IMG/VR virus record: IMGVR_UViG_3300033068_001704
Coordinates: 158,155 to 222,154 of that record
DNA length: 64,000 nucleotides
Source: a virus
Taxonomy: Duplodnaviria; Caudoviricetes
Direction: 5' to 3' (one strand)
Of the stretch, positions 39,100 through 48,682 are shown piece after piece. Each line of letters starts with the position of its first letter. The stretch's first letter is position 1. Under the pieces are notes generated by a model. That model did not search any database. It worked only from the letters and a program-made list of their open reading frames with translations, and was not told the DNA's origin. The position numbers and the translations under genes were made by a program.

Positions 39100-39969
39100 A
39101 TGTCATTCGGTTTCACAGGATTTTTCCGCCAAGGAGCATGGCAGGCGCTTCGCACGTTCATCTTGAACGAGCGTCGAGACGCCTTGCCTCGTATCCGCGC
39201 AATCAACGCGGAACTCTCCAGGATCGGGTACGTGCGGGTTCTCTACGCGAGAACAGACCCGAGCGACCCGAACAGTCCGATGAGCGAGGCTCGGGTGGGG
39301 ATCGACATCTCCCCGAACTCCAGCCTTGAGCGCCTCTTTCAGGCGTACATCGCGATGGGCGGGAACCCGTTCGACATCTCCCTCTTCCTCACGCCGGACT
39401 CGTTCGAGGTGGTCGAGGAAGTCAACGAGGAAGACGACTCTGCGTCCATCTCGTTCCGCGAGACCGAGCCCTACGGTGGCATCCTCTCCCCTCGCACGGC
39501 TGACCCCGTCACGCAGGGTCTCTACACGGGCGGGTGGCTTCCGTTGTGGCGCTACCCGCCTCGGAAGTTCGGGTCGAACGTGACGTACGTCTCCGAGAGC
39601 GCGGAGATGACCACGACGATTCGTGCAGCTCGTGACTGGGTCTCCAAGGAGATCCGGACGAAGCGCAACGACATCGAGGCCCGCATCCTCAAGCTGTGCG
39701 ACCTGAGGGAGCAGCTCATTCAGGAGCGCGACGAGATCTTGCCTCAGGCGATCGGCAACGTGATCCCCACGGTCACGTTCAACGAGGACTTCGCGATCTC
39801 GTTCCACGTCTCGTCCATCGTGAACGCGATCGACGGCGTGTTCTACCAGGTCGGAGACGACGGGAACTACAACTTCGCGCAGCCGAGGTCGAGCCAGCCC
39901 AACCCCCCGTATCCCGTCCTTCTGGAGGACGCAGACACGGGCGAGGAAGACTGGACCGGTCTAGGCTGA
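39100..39969 (+). CDS. Hypothetical protein (possibly virion-associated)
   Basis: 289-aa ORF with strong codon bias. Confidence 0.7.
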   Translation: MSFGFTGFFRQGAWQALRTFILNERRDALPRIRAINAELSRIGYVRVLYARTDPSDPNSPMSEARVGIDISPNSSLERLFQAYIAMGGNPFDISLFLTPDSFEVVEEVNEEDDSASISFRETEPYGGILSPRTADPVTQGLYTGGWLPLWRYPPRKFGSNVTYVSESAEMTTTIRAARDWVSKEIRTKRNDIEARILKLCDLREQLIQERDEILPQAIGNVIPTVTFNEDFAISFHVSSIVNAIDGVFYQVGDDGNYNFAQPRSSQPNPPYPVLLEDADTGEEDWTGLG

Positions 39970-40200
39970 TCCGGTCGGCTTCGACGGCCGGGGGCCAACC
40001 TGCTCTCGGGCGTCGAGGATCGGCGCCTCACCGGCCATCGCGAGCTGGGCTGCGAACACCCCCTTGGCGTGCTCCAGTCGTTCAGGTGGGCCGTTGAACA
40101 TGCACTCGGCGCAGACGTCCTTCCCGCCAGGGCCGTACGGTCGAAGCTCTCGGGGACCGAGACCTCCGGGCTGACCGCAGTGCATGCACGTCCTACTCAT
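39961..40200 (-). CDS. Small CxxC protein
   Basis: CMHCG...ELRPYGPGG..VCAEC. Confidence 0.65.
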   Translation of the reverse strand: MSRTCMHCGQPGGLGPRELRPYGPGGKDVCAECMFNGPPERLEHAKGVFAAQLAMAGEAPILDAREQVGPRPSKPTGSA

Positions 40201-40490
40201 AGGACTGCCGACGCCCCTCGGTGAGGACACCCTTGACCACTCGGGTTACGGAGTCCGTTGAGGAACAGCTTCTCGGCGAAGAAGACGTCTCGGGCCATCC
40301 CTCCGATCGTCTCACGTTTGTGATTCTGAACCGTGAGGACTTCGCTGTGGCTGTAGACGAACCAGTTCAGTTCGTTGTTCAGGATCGTCGCTTCGGCCCT
40401 CACGTGGGCGCGCGGATCATGGGTGCGGATGATCGCTTGGCATCGCTCGATCACGCCCACGACGTCTTCCATGGTGTTCTTGGGTTGCAT
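40197..40490 (-). CDS. Hypothetical protein
   Basis: AAGGA RBS; start at ATG 40490. Confidence 0.55.
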   Translation of the reverse strand: MQPKNTMEDVVGVIERCQAIIRTHDPRAHVRAEATILNNELNWFVYSHSEVLTVQNHKRETIGGMARDVFFAEKLFLNGLRNPSGQGCPHRGASAVL

Positions 40491-40501
40491 CTGGGTTTCC
40501 T

Positions 40502-40843
40502 TCAGTCGCACGTGTCGGAGATTGAAAGCTCGCAGGGACCGGAACACGTGCCTGGATTCCGCGGTCTCCCGCAACAATCGCACGTCGCAGCGAGTGAGAG
40601 TTCGTCGATGATCGAGAGCAGCCAATCGACGTCCTCCCGGGCGTGGGCGATGAATTCCCCGTCCGCAGGGCGGATATAAGGAGAGACCAGCACCCTCCCA
40701 CTGGGAGACTCGATGCGGTCGTCGCATCCCATCTTCAGTCCCTCGTGTGCGGTCCATGGGCCTCGCGTAGCAGCGAGCAGTCTCTTTCGGATCGCTTGGA
40801 AGCGGGCAGCCTCCATCTCTGCGTAGCTCTGTTTCTCGTTCAT
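40502..40843 (-). CDS. Ead/Ea22-like phage protein
   Basis: AATRGPW...ADGEFIAHAREDVDWLL. Confidence 0.65.
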   Translation of the reverse strand: MNEKQSYAEMEAARFQAIRKRLLAATRGPWTAHEGLKMGCDDRIESPSGRVLVSPYIRPADGEFIAHAREDVDWLLSIIDELSLAATCDCCGRPRNPGTCSGPCELSISDTCD

Positions 40844-40846
40844 CTG

Positions 40847-41260
40847 TCAAACCCCCGCCTTCTTCTCCGCTTCGATGAGCGCCAGAGCCGTGCGGAGGCA
40901 CTTCTCGCACACATATGCCGTGCTGGAGTCGTAGTCCGGCTCGTTCCCGATCTCGACGATGATCGGGCTCGGCTCGTTGCACGAACCGCATTCCCCAAGC
41001 GTGGGGTCGCGGCGCGGGGTTCCGTTCGGCCACAGGGGGTTGTGCTTGAGGTGGAGGTCGTTGACGGCATCCGGACCCACGTCTTCGGGCATCTTCGCGA
41101 GTTCCTTGAGGAATGCGTAGTACCCTGCGTGGGGGGAATCGGAGGGGAAGTTATCGATAACCCCCTGAAGGCCATCGTGCAGCTTCTGGGTGCCCAGGAC
41201 TGCGAGGACGCGCAGGCGCTCCGCCTCCTGTCGGCGCGTGTGTGAGATCTTCATCGGCAT
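40847..41260 (-). CDS. Hypothetical protein with CxxC pair
   Basis: ECGSC...VEIG...YDSSTAYVCEKCL. Confidence 0.6.
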   Translation of the reverse strand: MPMKISHTRRQEAERLRVLAVLGTQKLHDGLQGVIDNFPSDSPHAGYYAFLKELAKMPEDVGPDAVNDLHLKHNPLWPNGTPRRDPTLGECGSCNEPSPIIVEIGNEPDYDSSTAYVCEKCLRTALALIEAEKKAGV

Positions 41261-41263
41261 TGT

Positions 41264-41569
41264 TTGTCCCTTACGCTTCGGTACGGTCGTCTGGAGGACC
41301 TGATGGTCGAACACGAAGACGACGAGATCCACATCACGATCAGACGCGACCGCTTCACCGGCAAGTTCGAGTTCGGATACTCGCACGGTCGAACCGGAGG
41401 GGAGAGCGGGGGGTCAGATGACCCTCGGATGGCGGTCCTCGACACCGTCACTCACTGGTGGCAGGAGGTGAACCATCGGGTCCACGAGGCTCGCCAGGCT
41501 CACCGGGAGGAACAGGCAGCTCGCAAGGAGGAGCTGGCCCGTCTCCTTGGCGACGGTCCTCTACTCTGA
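41264..41569 (+). CDS. Hypothetical protein
   Basis: Likely start at ATG 41303 after GGAGG; single plus-strand gene within a minus-strand run. Confidence 0.5.
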   Translation: MSLTLRYGRLEDLMVEHEDDEIHITIRRDRFTGKFEFGYSHGRTGGESGGSDDPRMAVLDTVTHWWQEVNHRVHEARQAHREEQAARKEELARLLGDGPLL

Positions 41570-41851
41570 GGCCGCGCTGTTGGTGAAACCTTCCGGGAGC
41601 TTCGAGTAGAGCCCGATGAAGTGGGCTCCACCCAGCGTCCGATCGAGGAGGTAGTCCTCGGATGACGTGACGTGGAACGAGGTGGCTTCCTTCGGCTCGG
41701 CCACCTCGATCACCCACCCCTGGCGCTGTACCACCTCGCGGTGGGCCTGGGACTTGGCCTCCCAGGCCGCTCTGGCCTCTTCCGTATCGAAGATGTGGAA
41801 GGTGGTGAGCTTTCGGTCGTCTTTCGACCAGGTCATGGCGCACAGAATCAT
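41561..41851 (-). CDS. Hypothetical protein
   Basis: GAGGAG RBS. Confidence 0.6.
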   Translation of the reverse strand: MILCAMTWSKDDRKLTTFHIFDTEEARAAWEAKSQAHREVVQRQGWVIEVAEPKEATSFHVTSSEDYLLDRTLGGAHFIGLYSKLPEGFTNSAASE

Positions 41852-42327
41852 GTGGGTGTCTCCTCTGAATCAGCAGGGGGAGAGCCCATTACGCCCCCAT
41901 CCGTGATCTGAACCTCCCACGCATGGCACTGAAGTTCGTTGACCGGGGTCAGGCCGGTCTCATCGCACGCTTCGCATCCGTAGCCACGGTTCCCATGCTT
42001 GGAGCAACTCACGCACGGGGCGAAGCGTTGCTCCCGGCTGAGATGGTGACCCACGGCGGGCAGGCTGTTGCAGGGGGCGTCGATGAAGTCTTCGCTCGTG
42101 AGGTGCCGTCCGATCCTGGCCTCCAAACATCGGAAGTGGAGGTACCCCTCCCTTTCCAACGGGGACTTCGTCGCCATCTCCCACAGCTCGTGCTGAACCA
42201 TGTAGAGTTCATCCGCGCAGTCCGTGCCACAGTGGCAGCAGATCAGGATGTACCACCTGGGAAACCCGTTCTCGTTTCGGCCGAAGCCGATCGTCCAGGG
42301 CTTCTCGAACCTCACTACCTGAGCCAT
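41848..42327 (-). CDS. Cys-rich hypothetical protein
   Basis: CCHCG...YMV..ELW...CLEARIGRHL...DF. Confidence 0.6.
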   Translation of the reverse strand: MAQVVRFEKPWTIGFGRNENGFPRWYILICCHCGTDCADELYMVQHELWEMATKSPLEREGYLHFRCLEARIGRHLTSEDFIDAPCNSLPAVGHHLSREQRFAPCVSCSKHGNRGYGCEACDETGLTPVNELQCHAWEVQITDGGVMGSPPADSEETPT

Positions 42328-42328
42328 C

Positions 42329-42751
42329 TCAGTCCTCCTCGACCTGGTGGATGTCGCCCCGAAGGTACTCGGCAAGATCGACTCTTCCCCCGAAGGACAC
42401 CGGGATGGTTTCGGCCTTGAGTAGCCGGTGGGCCATGTACCGGTGCCACCCGTCCAGCAGAACCGGGATGGCGTAGATGTGCCCACGATCGCACTCACAG
42501 TCGATCTCGATCGGGACTTCCAGCTCGTAGGGGTTGGTCATGAGGAAGCGGACCCGGCCCGCATGTTCCTCCCCAGTCCACCTCAGGGCATGTCCCTCGG
42601 CCTCGTAGAACGCCGAGTAGCTCTCGGAGATCATGGGTGAAGATTCGACCATCTCTCGGTCGAACCCAGCCTGCCACGGGTCTTCGACGTCCCCGAAGAA
42701 CTCCTCCAGGCGGCTCATCAGGAAGAACTCGACGTCTGCGACTCGGCTCAT
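42329..42751 (-). CDS. ParB/Srx-like N-terminal domain protein
   Basis: PIEI...VLLDGWHRYMA...IPV. Confidence 0.65.
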   Translation of the reverse strand: MSRVADVEFFLMSRLEEFFGDVEDPWQAGFDREMVESSPMISESYSAFYEAEGHALRWTGEEHAGRVRFLMTNPYELEVPIEIDCECDRGHIYAIPVLLDGWHRYMAHRLLKAETIPVSFGGRVDLAEYLRGDIHQVEED

Positions 42752-42758
42752 CGAGGCG

Positions 42759-43028
42759 TTACGCCTTTTCGGCTATCCCGGTGACTTCAAGCGCTCTCGT
42801 TCGCATCACCTCGACCATCGCCATGGCTGAAGCGAAGGCAGAGGACTTCCGGACCGGGCCTTGGGCAGCGAGGATGACCCCTGAGGTGACTCCGAGCCAG
42901 TATTGGTAGAGGCCCCAGTTCTTCAGGATGGCCTCCTGGTCCCCGGCCTGAACCCCTCTCTCAACATGACGCAGGGCGGACTCGGCTTCGGCGACCGCCA
43001 CGGTCAGGTGCGTTTCGATGTGTGCCAC
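42759..43028 (-). CDS. Hypothetical protein
   Basis: Clean ORF. Confidence 0.5.
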   Translation of the reverse strand: MAHIETHLTVAVAEAESALRHVERGVQAGDQEAILKNWGLYQYWLGVTSGVILAAQGPVRKSSAFASAMAMVEVMRTRALEVTGIAEKA

Positions 43029-43126
43029 GGTCTCTTTTACGCCTCGCGACCCAGATCCACCAGCCTCAACCTGTCCCCGGGCCCTCCGACGGCGGTTCAG
43101 CCCCTATCGAGGCGGGTAAGGAGAAC

Positions 43127-44239
43127 GTGGCGAAAGACTTCCAAATTGCCTTCCCGTGCCCTCATATCATCGGGGAGGAGCGGACCCAGCTCGCGTCCGA
43201 CCGGAGGACCCTTCGGACCACGAAGCCGATCTCCGGCGCGGGTCTGCTCGAAGTAGTTGTCAACGACAAGTACACGGTCAGCCCTTCGATGGGGCTCCAG
43301 TCGTCGGCGATTCTCACCTCGGGAAAGGCGGAGCCGTACCTCGTGGTGGCCGGTTCCACGTCTCTCACGATTCGCACGCAGGCCCGAACGCTGACCCTCA
43401 CGCTTCCGACGGGGTACGCCAACTCCGAGCGGATCGTATCTCTCATCAACGCGGCGGTCTTCTCGGTCAACGAGCGCCCGTACCTCGTGGCCTCGACGGT
43501 GAACGGGGTCCTGACGCTCCAGGAGAACCTTGCGACGGGGCCGGAGTCCTGGATCCGCGTCTCCGGCTCGGCGGTGCTGGGCTTGAACTTCACCGACCAG
43601 GTCGGGGCGATGGGTCAGACCATCCTGCCTGCCTGGAACATCTACAGCCGGGCGATCGAGGCTGAAGAGGGTGTGGTCGAGAACGGGTACTTCATCCAGT
43701 TCGATCGCCCCGTTCGGACCAACCCCTACTTCTCCATCACGTACGCGGTCTTCGGAAACCAGTGCCTGCGATGCCGCGGGACTGAGGTCGAGAACGACTT
43801 CCGGTTCGACGCTGATGGGGCTGCTCGTCTCGTTCGAGATGAGAATCTCCTCTACCAGTCGTGCCTGAAGATTCTCCTCACAGAGCTGAAGAGCAACATC
43901 TACGCGCCCTGGTACGGCACGGACCTGATGAGCCAGATCGGATCGAAGGTAGGGTCAGGGTCGGATCTGAGCATCCAGCAGTCGATCCGCCGGGCGCTCA
44001 CGGACCTTCAGTCCCTTCAGGCGACCCAGTCGAAGTACCAGAAGATCACCCCCCGCGAACGGCTCTACTCGGTGGACAACATCGCGGTTCGGCAATCCCC
44101 CAATGATCCCACCATGTTCCTCGCGGACGTGTCGATCCGAAACTTCGCGTTCGAGCCGATTCACATCTCGATCGTGTACACGGCGCCTGGGGCGTTCGCC
44201 TTGGCTGGTACGAACGGTCTCTCCTTGGGGAACTTCTGA
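43127..44239 (+). CDS. Baseplate wedge protein with C-terminal gp25/GPW-like domain
   Basis: LYQSCLKILLT..SN..PWYGTDL..IG; adjacent to the baseplate J-like gene; AAGGAG RBS before GTG 43127. Confidence 0.7.
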   Translation: MAKDFQIAFPCPHIIGEERTQLASDRRTLRTTKPISGAGLLEVVVNDKYTVSPSMGLQSSAILTSGKAEPYLVVAGSTSLTIRTQARTLTLTLPTGYANSERIVSLINAAVFSVNERPYLVASTVNGVLTLQENLATGPESWIRVSGSAVLGLNFTDQVGAMGQTILPAWNIYSRAIEAEEGVVENGYFIQFDRPVRTNPYFSITYAVFGNQCLRCRGTEVENDFRFDADGAARLVRDENLLYQSCLKILLTELKSNIYAPWYGTDLMSQIGSKVGSGSDLSIQQSIRRALTDLQSLQATQSKYQKITPRERLYSVDNIAVRQSPNDPTMFLADVSIRNFAFEPIHISIVYTAPGAFALAGTNGLSLGNF

Positions 44240-47200
44240 TGACTCTCAAAGTCCTCGGTCCGGACGGAACCTACTGCGATGAGGTGGTCTTCTCGACCAC
44301 TTCGACCTCGCGTTTCTTCTCCGGCACGATCAACAACGACACCGCGGACTTGGAGGTGTCGATCCGCGGGGCCGCGTTCACTTCCGACCCGTCTCTCGTG
44401 TCGTTCTCTTCGGAGGGTTGGATCGTCCCGAACCCGACGGCGTACCCGAACGGCTTGGAGCTGTTCGCGGGAGAGAACGTCATCGAGGTCCGGTCGATCC
44501 CGCTCTCCGGGGCCCCCTCTGCCCCGATCTCAGCAACGGTCATCCTCCTCGCTTCGGCGGTCGTTCAGGAGCTTCCGGCGCCCACGGCGATCACGGTCGA
44601 GCGTCTCGACGCCTCGGTGAAGATCTCGGCGCGTGGACTCACGGATGAGCGCGTCATGGGGTACAACTTCTACGCGAGCGCGAACGCTGGCGGAGGAGTC
44701 ACCGGATACAGTCGGGTGAACGCTCAGCCGGTGACGACGGCGGTGACGAAGGAGAACTCCCAGACTCTCTTCAACCTGACGAGCAAGAACACCGCGCAGT
44801 CGGTGGACCCGCTCTTCCTCCGGGCCGTCATCACGCAGGAGGATTCCACGCAGACGACGCTGGAGACCGACGTGGACTCCCCCGTTGAGATCCCCGAGGG
44901 CGTGACGGAGATCCAGACCGAGATCACCGTCTCCTCCATCGAGCGGGTCTCGTACTACGAGTTCCTCCACAACCGCCGGTTCAACCTCGCGTCGCTCCCC
45001 TCGACGATCCCGATCGGCGCCTTCGCCACCCTCCCGGCGACCGAGCCGCTCTACTACGTGGTCTCGGCGGTCTACTTCGACTCGGTCTCCCAGACCGAGT
45101 ACGAGAGCTACTTCTCCCCCGAGGTCGTCGCGAACCCGATCGAGGTTCGGATCCAGATGAAGACGCTCCCGAGCGTCAGCCGTCAGCAGATCACCCAGAA
45201 CTCGATCGCAGTCATTCACCGCAAGGACAAGGACATCCAGATCCAGCCTGGCGCGGTGATGCGGGACACGTTCATCGATCCTCTCGCCTCCGAGGCTGAG
45301 CGGATCCGATTCCTCCTCGACTTCCTGTACCGGGCGTCGAGCTTCGACACTCTTCTGGCGATCGACGACCCGAACGCAACGGGCGTCTCGATCGACCCGA
45401 AGGCTTCGGCCTACAAGATCGCGCTCGCGAACGCGCTCTATCTGTCGAACGTCTCTCTCGTCCAGGGCATCATCGACGGCGCCTTCGACAAGCTCGCGGG
45501 GAACTTCGGAGTTCAGCGAGACCCGGGCCGGCGCGCGATCGGTGAGGCGCGGTTCTTCACCTCGGCCGCCCCGACTTCGACGCGGCCCATCCAGCTCGGG
45601 ACGATCGTGTACGCCGGGGAGGTCGCGTACCGAACCACGCGCAGTGCCGAGATCGCGGTCGAGCGCCTGGCCTCCTACTACAACCCGAGCACCCGGCAGT
45701 ACAGCATCGTGGTTCCCGTCCAGGCGGTGAACCCTGGGATCTCTGGGAACATCGGTCCCCGTCAGATCTCGTCGGGCGCCCCGTACGGCCTCTCGGTCAC
45801 CAACGACAACTACACGTTCGGCGGGCTCAACTCCCAGACGAACGCCCAGCTCGCGGCGGAAGCACGTGGGGCACTCTCCGCGGTCGATACCGGCACGACG
45901 CAGGGCTACGCCCAGGTCGCAGCGGGCGTGCCCGGGGTGATCCAGGCACAGGTCGCAGAAGCGGGGAACTCGCTCATGCAGCGGGACTTCGATGCAGACC
46001 TGGGGCGCCACATCGGGGGCAAGGTCGATGTCTGGGAGCAGGGGCTCCGACTCGCGACCGTGACCGACACCTTCGCGTTCACGTATGTCCGCAAGCGGGA
46101 CATTCAGTTCGTCGTGGTGGGGCCGGCGGATGCGTATCGGCTTCAGGCGGTCGATCCCGACCTGACTCCCACGAACCCGATCGCCGAGATGCTCAACTAC
46201 CCGAGCATCGGGCTCGGGCTGAGGAACGCCACGACTGGTCTGACGTACAACCTCACCGGCGTCACGATCCTGAACTACAACACGATCCAGCTCTCGCTGG
46301 ACGTCTCTCAGCCCTGGGTTCCCCCGACTCTCACGGACGTCATCCTCGGGGACTACCGCTACCGCACCGGCGAGCAGTTCACCCTCACGAGGCAGCCGGT
46401 CGAGACGGTGGATTCGGTGGTCGGGGAAGTCACCGGCACGCTGGACGAGTCGGTCTACGCCCTCGTGCACCCGAACTCCCCGCTGGGGCTCGGGCGTTCG
46501 ACACAGGCCGGCGACTACCTGCTCATCACGGGGTCGGAGGACACGTCCCTGGCTTCTCCGACCGGGGCGATCCTCAACATCACGAACGAGCAGCACATCA
46601 TGGTGGGGGACTACGTCGAGTACGTCCTGCGCCTCGGTGCTGACTCTCTGAGCGTGGTGGTGACCTCGGCGGATGGGTCCGTCACGTACGCAGGGCCGTT
46701 CTCTTCGACGAGCCCGGACTACACGATCGTCGAGGGCGGACAGACAAGCCCCCTCGGGATCAAGCGCACCAGCGGAAGCTCCATCACGGATGGTCAGACC
46801 GTTCTGATCTCCTACAGCTACGTCGAGAACCTGACCGTCACGTACCAGGTCAACCTGGTCACGCAGGCGCTTCAGGACAGGATCGATGCGGAGAAGCACT
46901 CGACGGCCGACGTCCTGGGGAAGTCTGCCATCCCGGTTCCGTGGGATCTCACCTCGACCGTCGTGCTCAAGCGAGGGTTCGTGCAGAGCGCCGTGGATGA
47001 TGCGATCCGCACGCGGCTGGGTCTCCTCACCTCAGGCCTTCGGATGGGCACCCCGCTCCGTCGCTCCGACGTCATCCAGGTCATCGACAAGACGCCGGGC
47101 GTCTCCTACGTCGTGCTCCCCCTGACGAAGATGGTTCGAGCGTTCGGTTCGCAGGTCGCCCGCGACGACATCAACTCGTCGCAGATCTCGGACTCGACCC

Positions 47201-47661
47201 GCATCGAGGCGTGGAGCAACGAGCGCATCGGGGTCTGGCTCCTGACCAACAAGCTCGTGGCAGCCACGACGACCGGCGGCGGCCCCTTCGGCGCGTTCCG
47301 AGGAGTCTTCCAGAACGACTACCTCACCACGCTCCAGGAGACTCTCCCCGAGCGTCTGGGCGAGGCGTCGGGCCGATCGTTCATCATCGGGGACAACGGC
47401 CTGCTCATCCCGGGCTACTCGGACGACGCGACTCTCATCTCTCAGGGGTACGTCACGGCCTCCGACATCACGACCCGCCGTCGTGAGATCACCTCGAACC
47501 GCATCCTGCTCTCCCTCGTGACAGGAGATGCGCCGCTCAACCACAGCTACTGGGCGACGTACACCGTCGGCCTGGAGACTGGGGAACGCGACATCGACCC
47601 CTCGGCCGCTGAGTACCTGACGCCGGGCGTCTGGGTATTTTCGTACGATGAAGATCGGTAG
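44239..47661 (+). CDS. Baseplate J/gp47-like protein (1140 aa)
   Basis: PGAVMRDTFIDP, FDKLAGNFGVQR, VPVQAV.PG.SGN, FGG.N.QTN..L, GT..GY, GGKVDVW. Confidence 0.8.
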   Translation: MTLKVLGPDGTYCDEVVFSTTSTSRFFSGTINNDTADLEVSIRGAAFTSDPSLVSFSSEGWIVPNPTAYPNGLELFAGENVIEVRSIPLSGAPSAPISATVILLASAVVQELPAPTAITVERLDASVKISARGLTDERVMGYNFYASANAGGGVTGYSRVNAQPVTTAVTKENSQTLFNLTSKNTAQSVDPLFLRAVITQEDSTQTTLETDVDSPVEIPEGVTEIQTEITVSSIERVSYYEFLHNRRFNLASLPSTIPIGAFATLPATEPLYYVVSAVYFDSVSQTEYESYFSPEVVANPIEVRIQMKTLPSVSRQQITQNSIAVIHRKDKDIQIQPGAVMRDTFIDPLASEAERIRFLLDFLYRASSFDTLLAIDDPNATGVSIDPKASAYKIALANALYLSNVSLVQGIIDGAFDKLAGNFGVQRDPGRRAIGEARFFTSAAPTSTRPIQLGTIVYAGEVAYRTTRSAEIAVERLASYYNPSTRQYSIVVPVQAVNPGISGNIGPRQISSGAPYGLSVTNDNYTFGGLNSQTNAQLAAEARGALSAVDTGTTQGYAQVAAGVPGVIQAQVAEAGNSLMQRDFDADLGRHIGGKVDVWEQGLRLATVTDTFAFTYVRKRDIQFVVVGPADAYRLQAVDPDLTPTNPIAEMLNYPSIGLGLRNATTGLTYNLTGVTILNYNTIQLSLDVSQPWVPPTLTDVILGDYRYRTGEQFTLTRQPVETVDSVVGEVTGTLDESVYALVHPNSPLGLGRSTQAGDYLLITGSEDTSLASPTGAILNITNEQHIMVGDYVEYVLRLGADSLSVVVTSADGSVTYAGPFSSTSPDYTIVEGGQTSPLGIKRTSGSSITDGQTVLISYSYVENLTVTYQVNLVTQALQDRIDAEKHSTADVLGKSAIPVPWDLTSTVVLKRGFVQSAVDDAIRTRLGLLTSGLRMGTPLRRSDVIQVIDKTPGVSYVVLPLTKMVRAFGSQVARDDINSSQISDSTRIEAWSNERIGVWLLTNKLVAATTTGGGPFGAFRGVFQNDYLTTLQETLPERLGEASGRSFIIGDNGLLIPGYSDDATLISQGYVTASDITTRRREITSNRILLSLVTGDAPLNHSYWATYTVGLETGERDIDPSAAEYLTPGVWVFSYDEDR

Positions 47662-47707
47662 GATCTACCTCCTCCATCACACTGGTCGGGACGCATCCCG
47701 TCGAATG

Positions 47708-48682
47708 TCATTTTGCGTGATTGCGCTTGGGTGGCTTCCACCCAGGGGAAAGTACCCGCAACGGGATCTCCCCTCCTTTGCGAACACCCTCAGCACGGAT
47801 CCGGAGATAAAGCATGTTTGCGGTCACGGACTCTGTGGCCAACGACTCTACAGAAACAGGGATAGAGTCGATCTGATACATACCCTCAAATCTAGTGCAC
47901 TGACCGCATGAACCATGATTTTTCAGTATGTATGCTGGTCTCTGGGTCTTGAGGCCGCATTTCATACACTCACATGACACACAACCTTTCTCATCTCGGT
48001 TTGCATCGGTTACTCTAAACGGGCCAAATATGTCACCAACTCCAACCTTCGACCTCAGGTTTTCACTACTCTCCGCGCTGGCACACTTCCTACATCGCGT
48101 ACTTTTCCCACTGAGCAAGTTGTGTGTTTGGACAACAGCTCGATGACCGCCACACGTACTACCGTGGCAGACACACAACCAAGCACGCTTTGTAGAGCTA
48201 AGGTCTTCCTCCAGAGCCTCCCAAAGACCAAACCTTTGTCCGGCTCTGTCAGAAGGCTTTTTGGGTGCTCCGTAAGAGCGGCACTCGGTGCAAGAGGAAT
48301 CCCCCCTTCGCCTGCAACTATTCAAGTCTTTCTTAGACCGGTATTGCTCGTTCCCACACTTGCACCGGCAGAGCCAGGTGAGCTTTTTGACGTTATCGTT
48401 CGGTCCAGGGCAAACCACAGTCCATGGTCCGAACAGGGATCCGGAAACCATCTCGGGGTCGTGGGCGGCCCTTATCCGTCGCGCACCACTGCGCTGCGCG
48501 CATGTCCGGCACGACGAGGCGTTTTGACTGGTGAGATAGCTTGCCTTGAGTGGCTTCTTCGTCCCACACTCACACTCACATTCGTACCATAGTGCACCGC
48601 GATTATCGCGAACCGGAGGGGTATTCAGAACGGTCCACTTACCGAATTTATCTCCGGTTGAGAGCTTAGTCGCCTTGCTCAT
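47708..48682 (-). CDS. Protein of four Cys-rich repeats of the type found in phage HNH/AP2 homing-endonuclease-like proteins
   Basis: FG.WTV...W.C.C.CG...L....SC..C repeated four times; locally AT-richer DNA. Confidence 0.7.
   Translation of the reverse strand: MSKATKLSTGDKFGKWTVLNTPPVRDNRGALWYECECECGTKKPLKASYLTSQNASSCRTCAQRSGARRIRAAHDPEMVSGSLFGPWTVVCPGPNDNVKKLTWLCRCKCGNEQYRSKKDLNSCRRRGDSSCTECRSYGAPKKPSDRAGQRFGLWEALEEDLSSTKRAWLCVCHGSTCGGHRAVVQTHNLLSGKSTRCRKCASAESSENLRSKVGVGDIFGPFRVTDANRDEKGCVSCECMKCGLKTQRPAYILKNHGSCGQCTRFEGMYQIDSIPVSVESLATESVTANMLYLRIRAEGVRKGGEIPLRVLSPGWKPPKRNHAK

Noticed and set aside
48210-48222. TCCAGAGCCTCCC matching part of the CRISPR repeat (possible anti-repeat or tracrRNA)
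   Set aside because: Only 13 nt, inside a coding region (WEALE) and 14 kb from the array; probably chance
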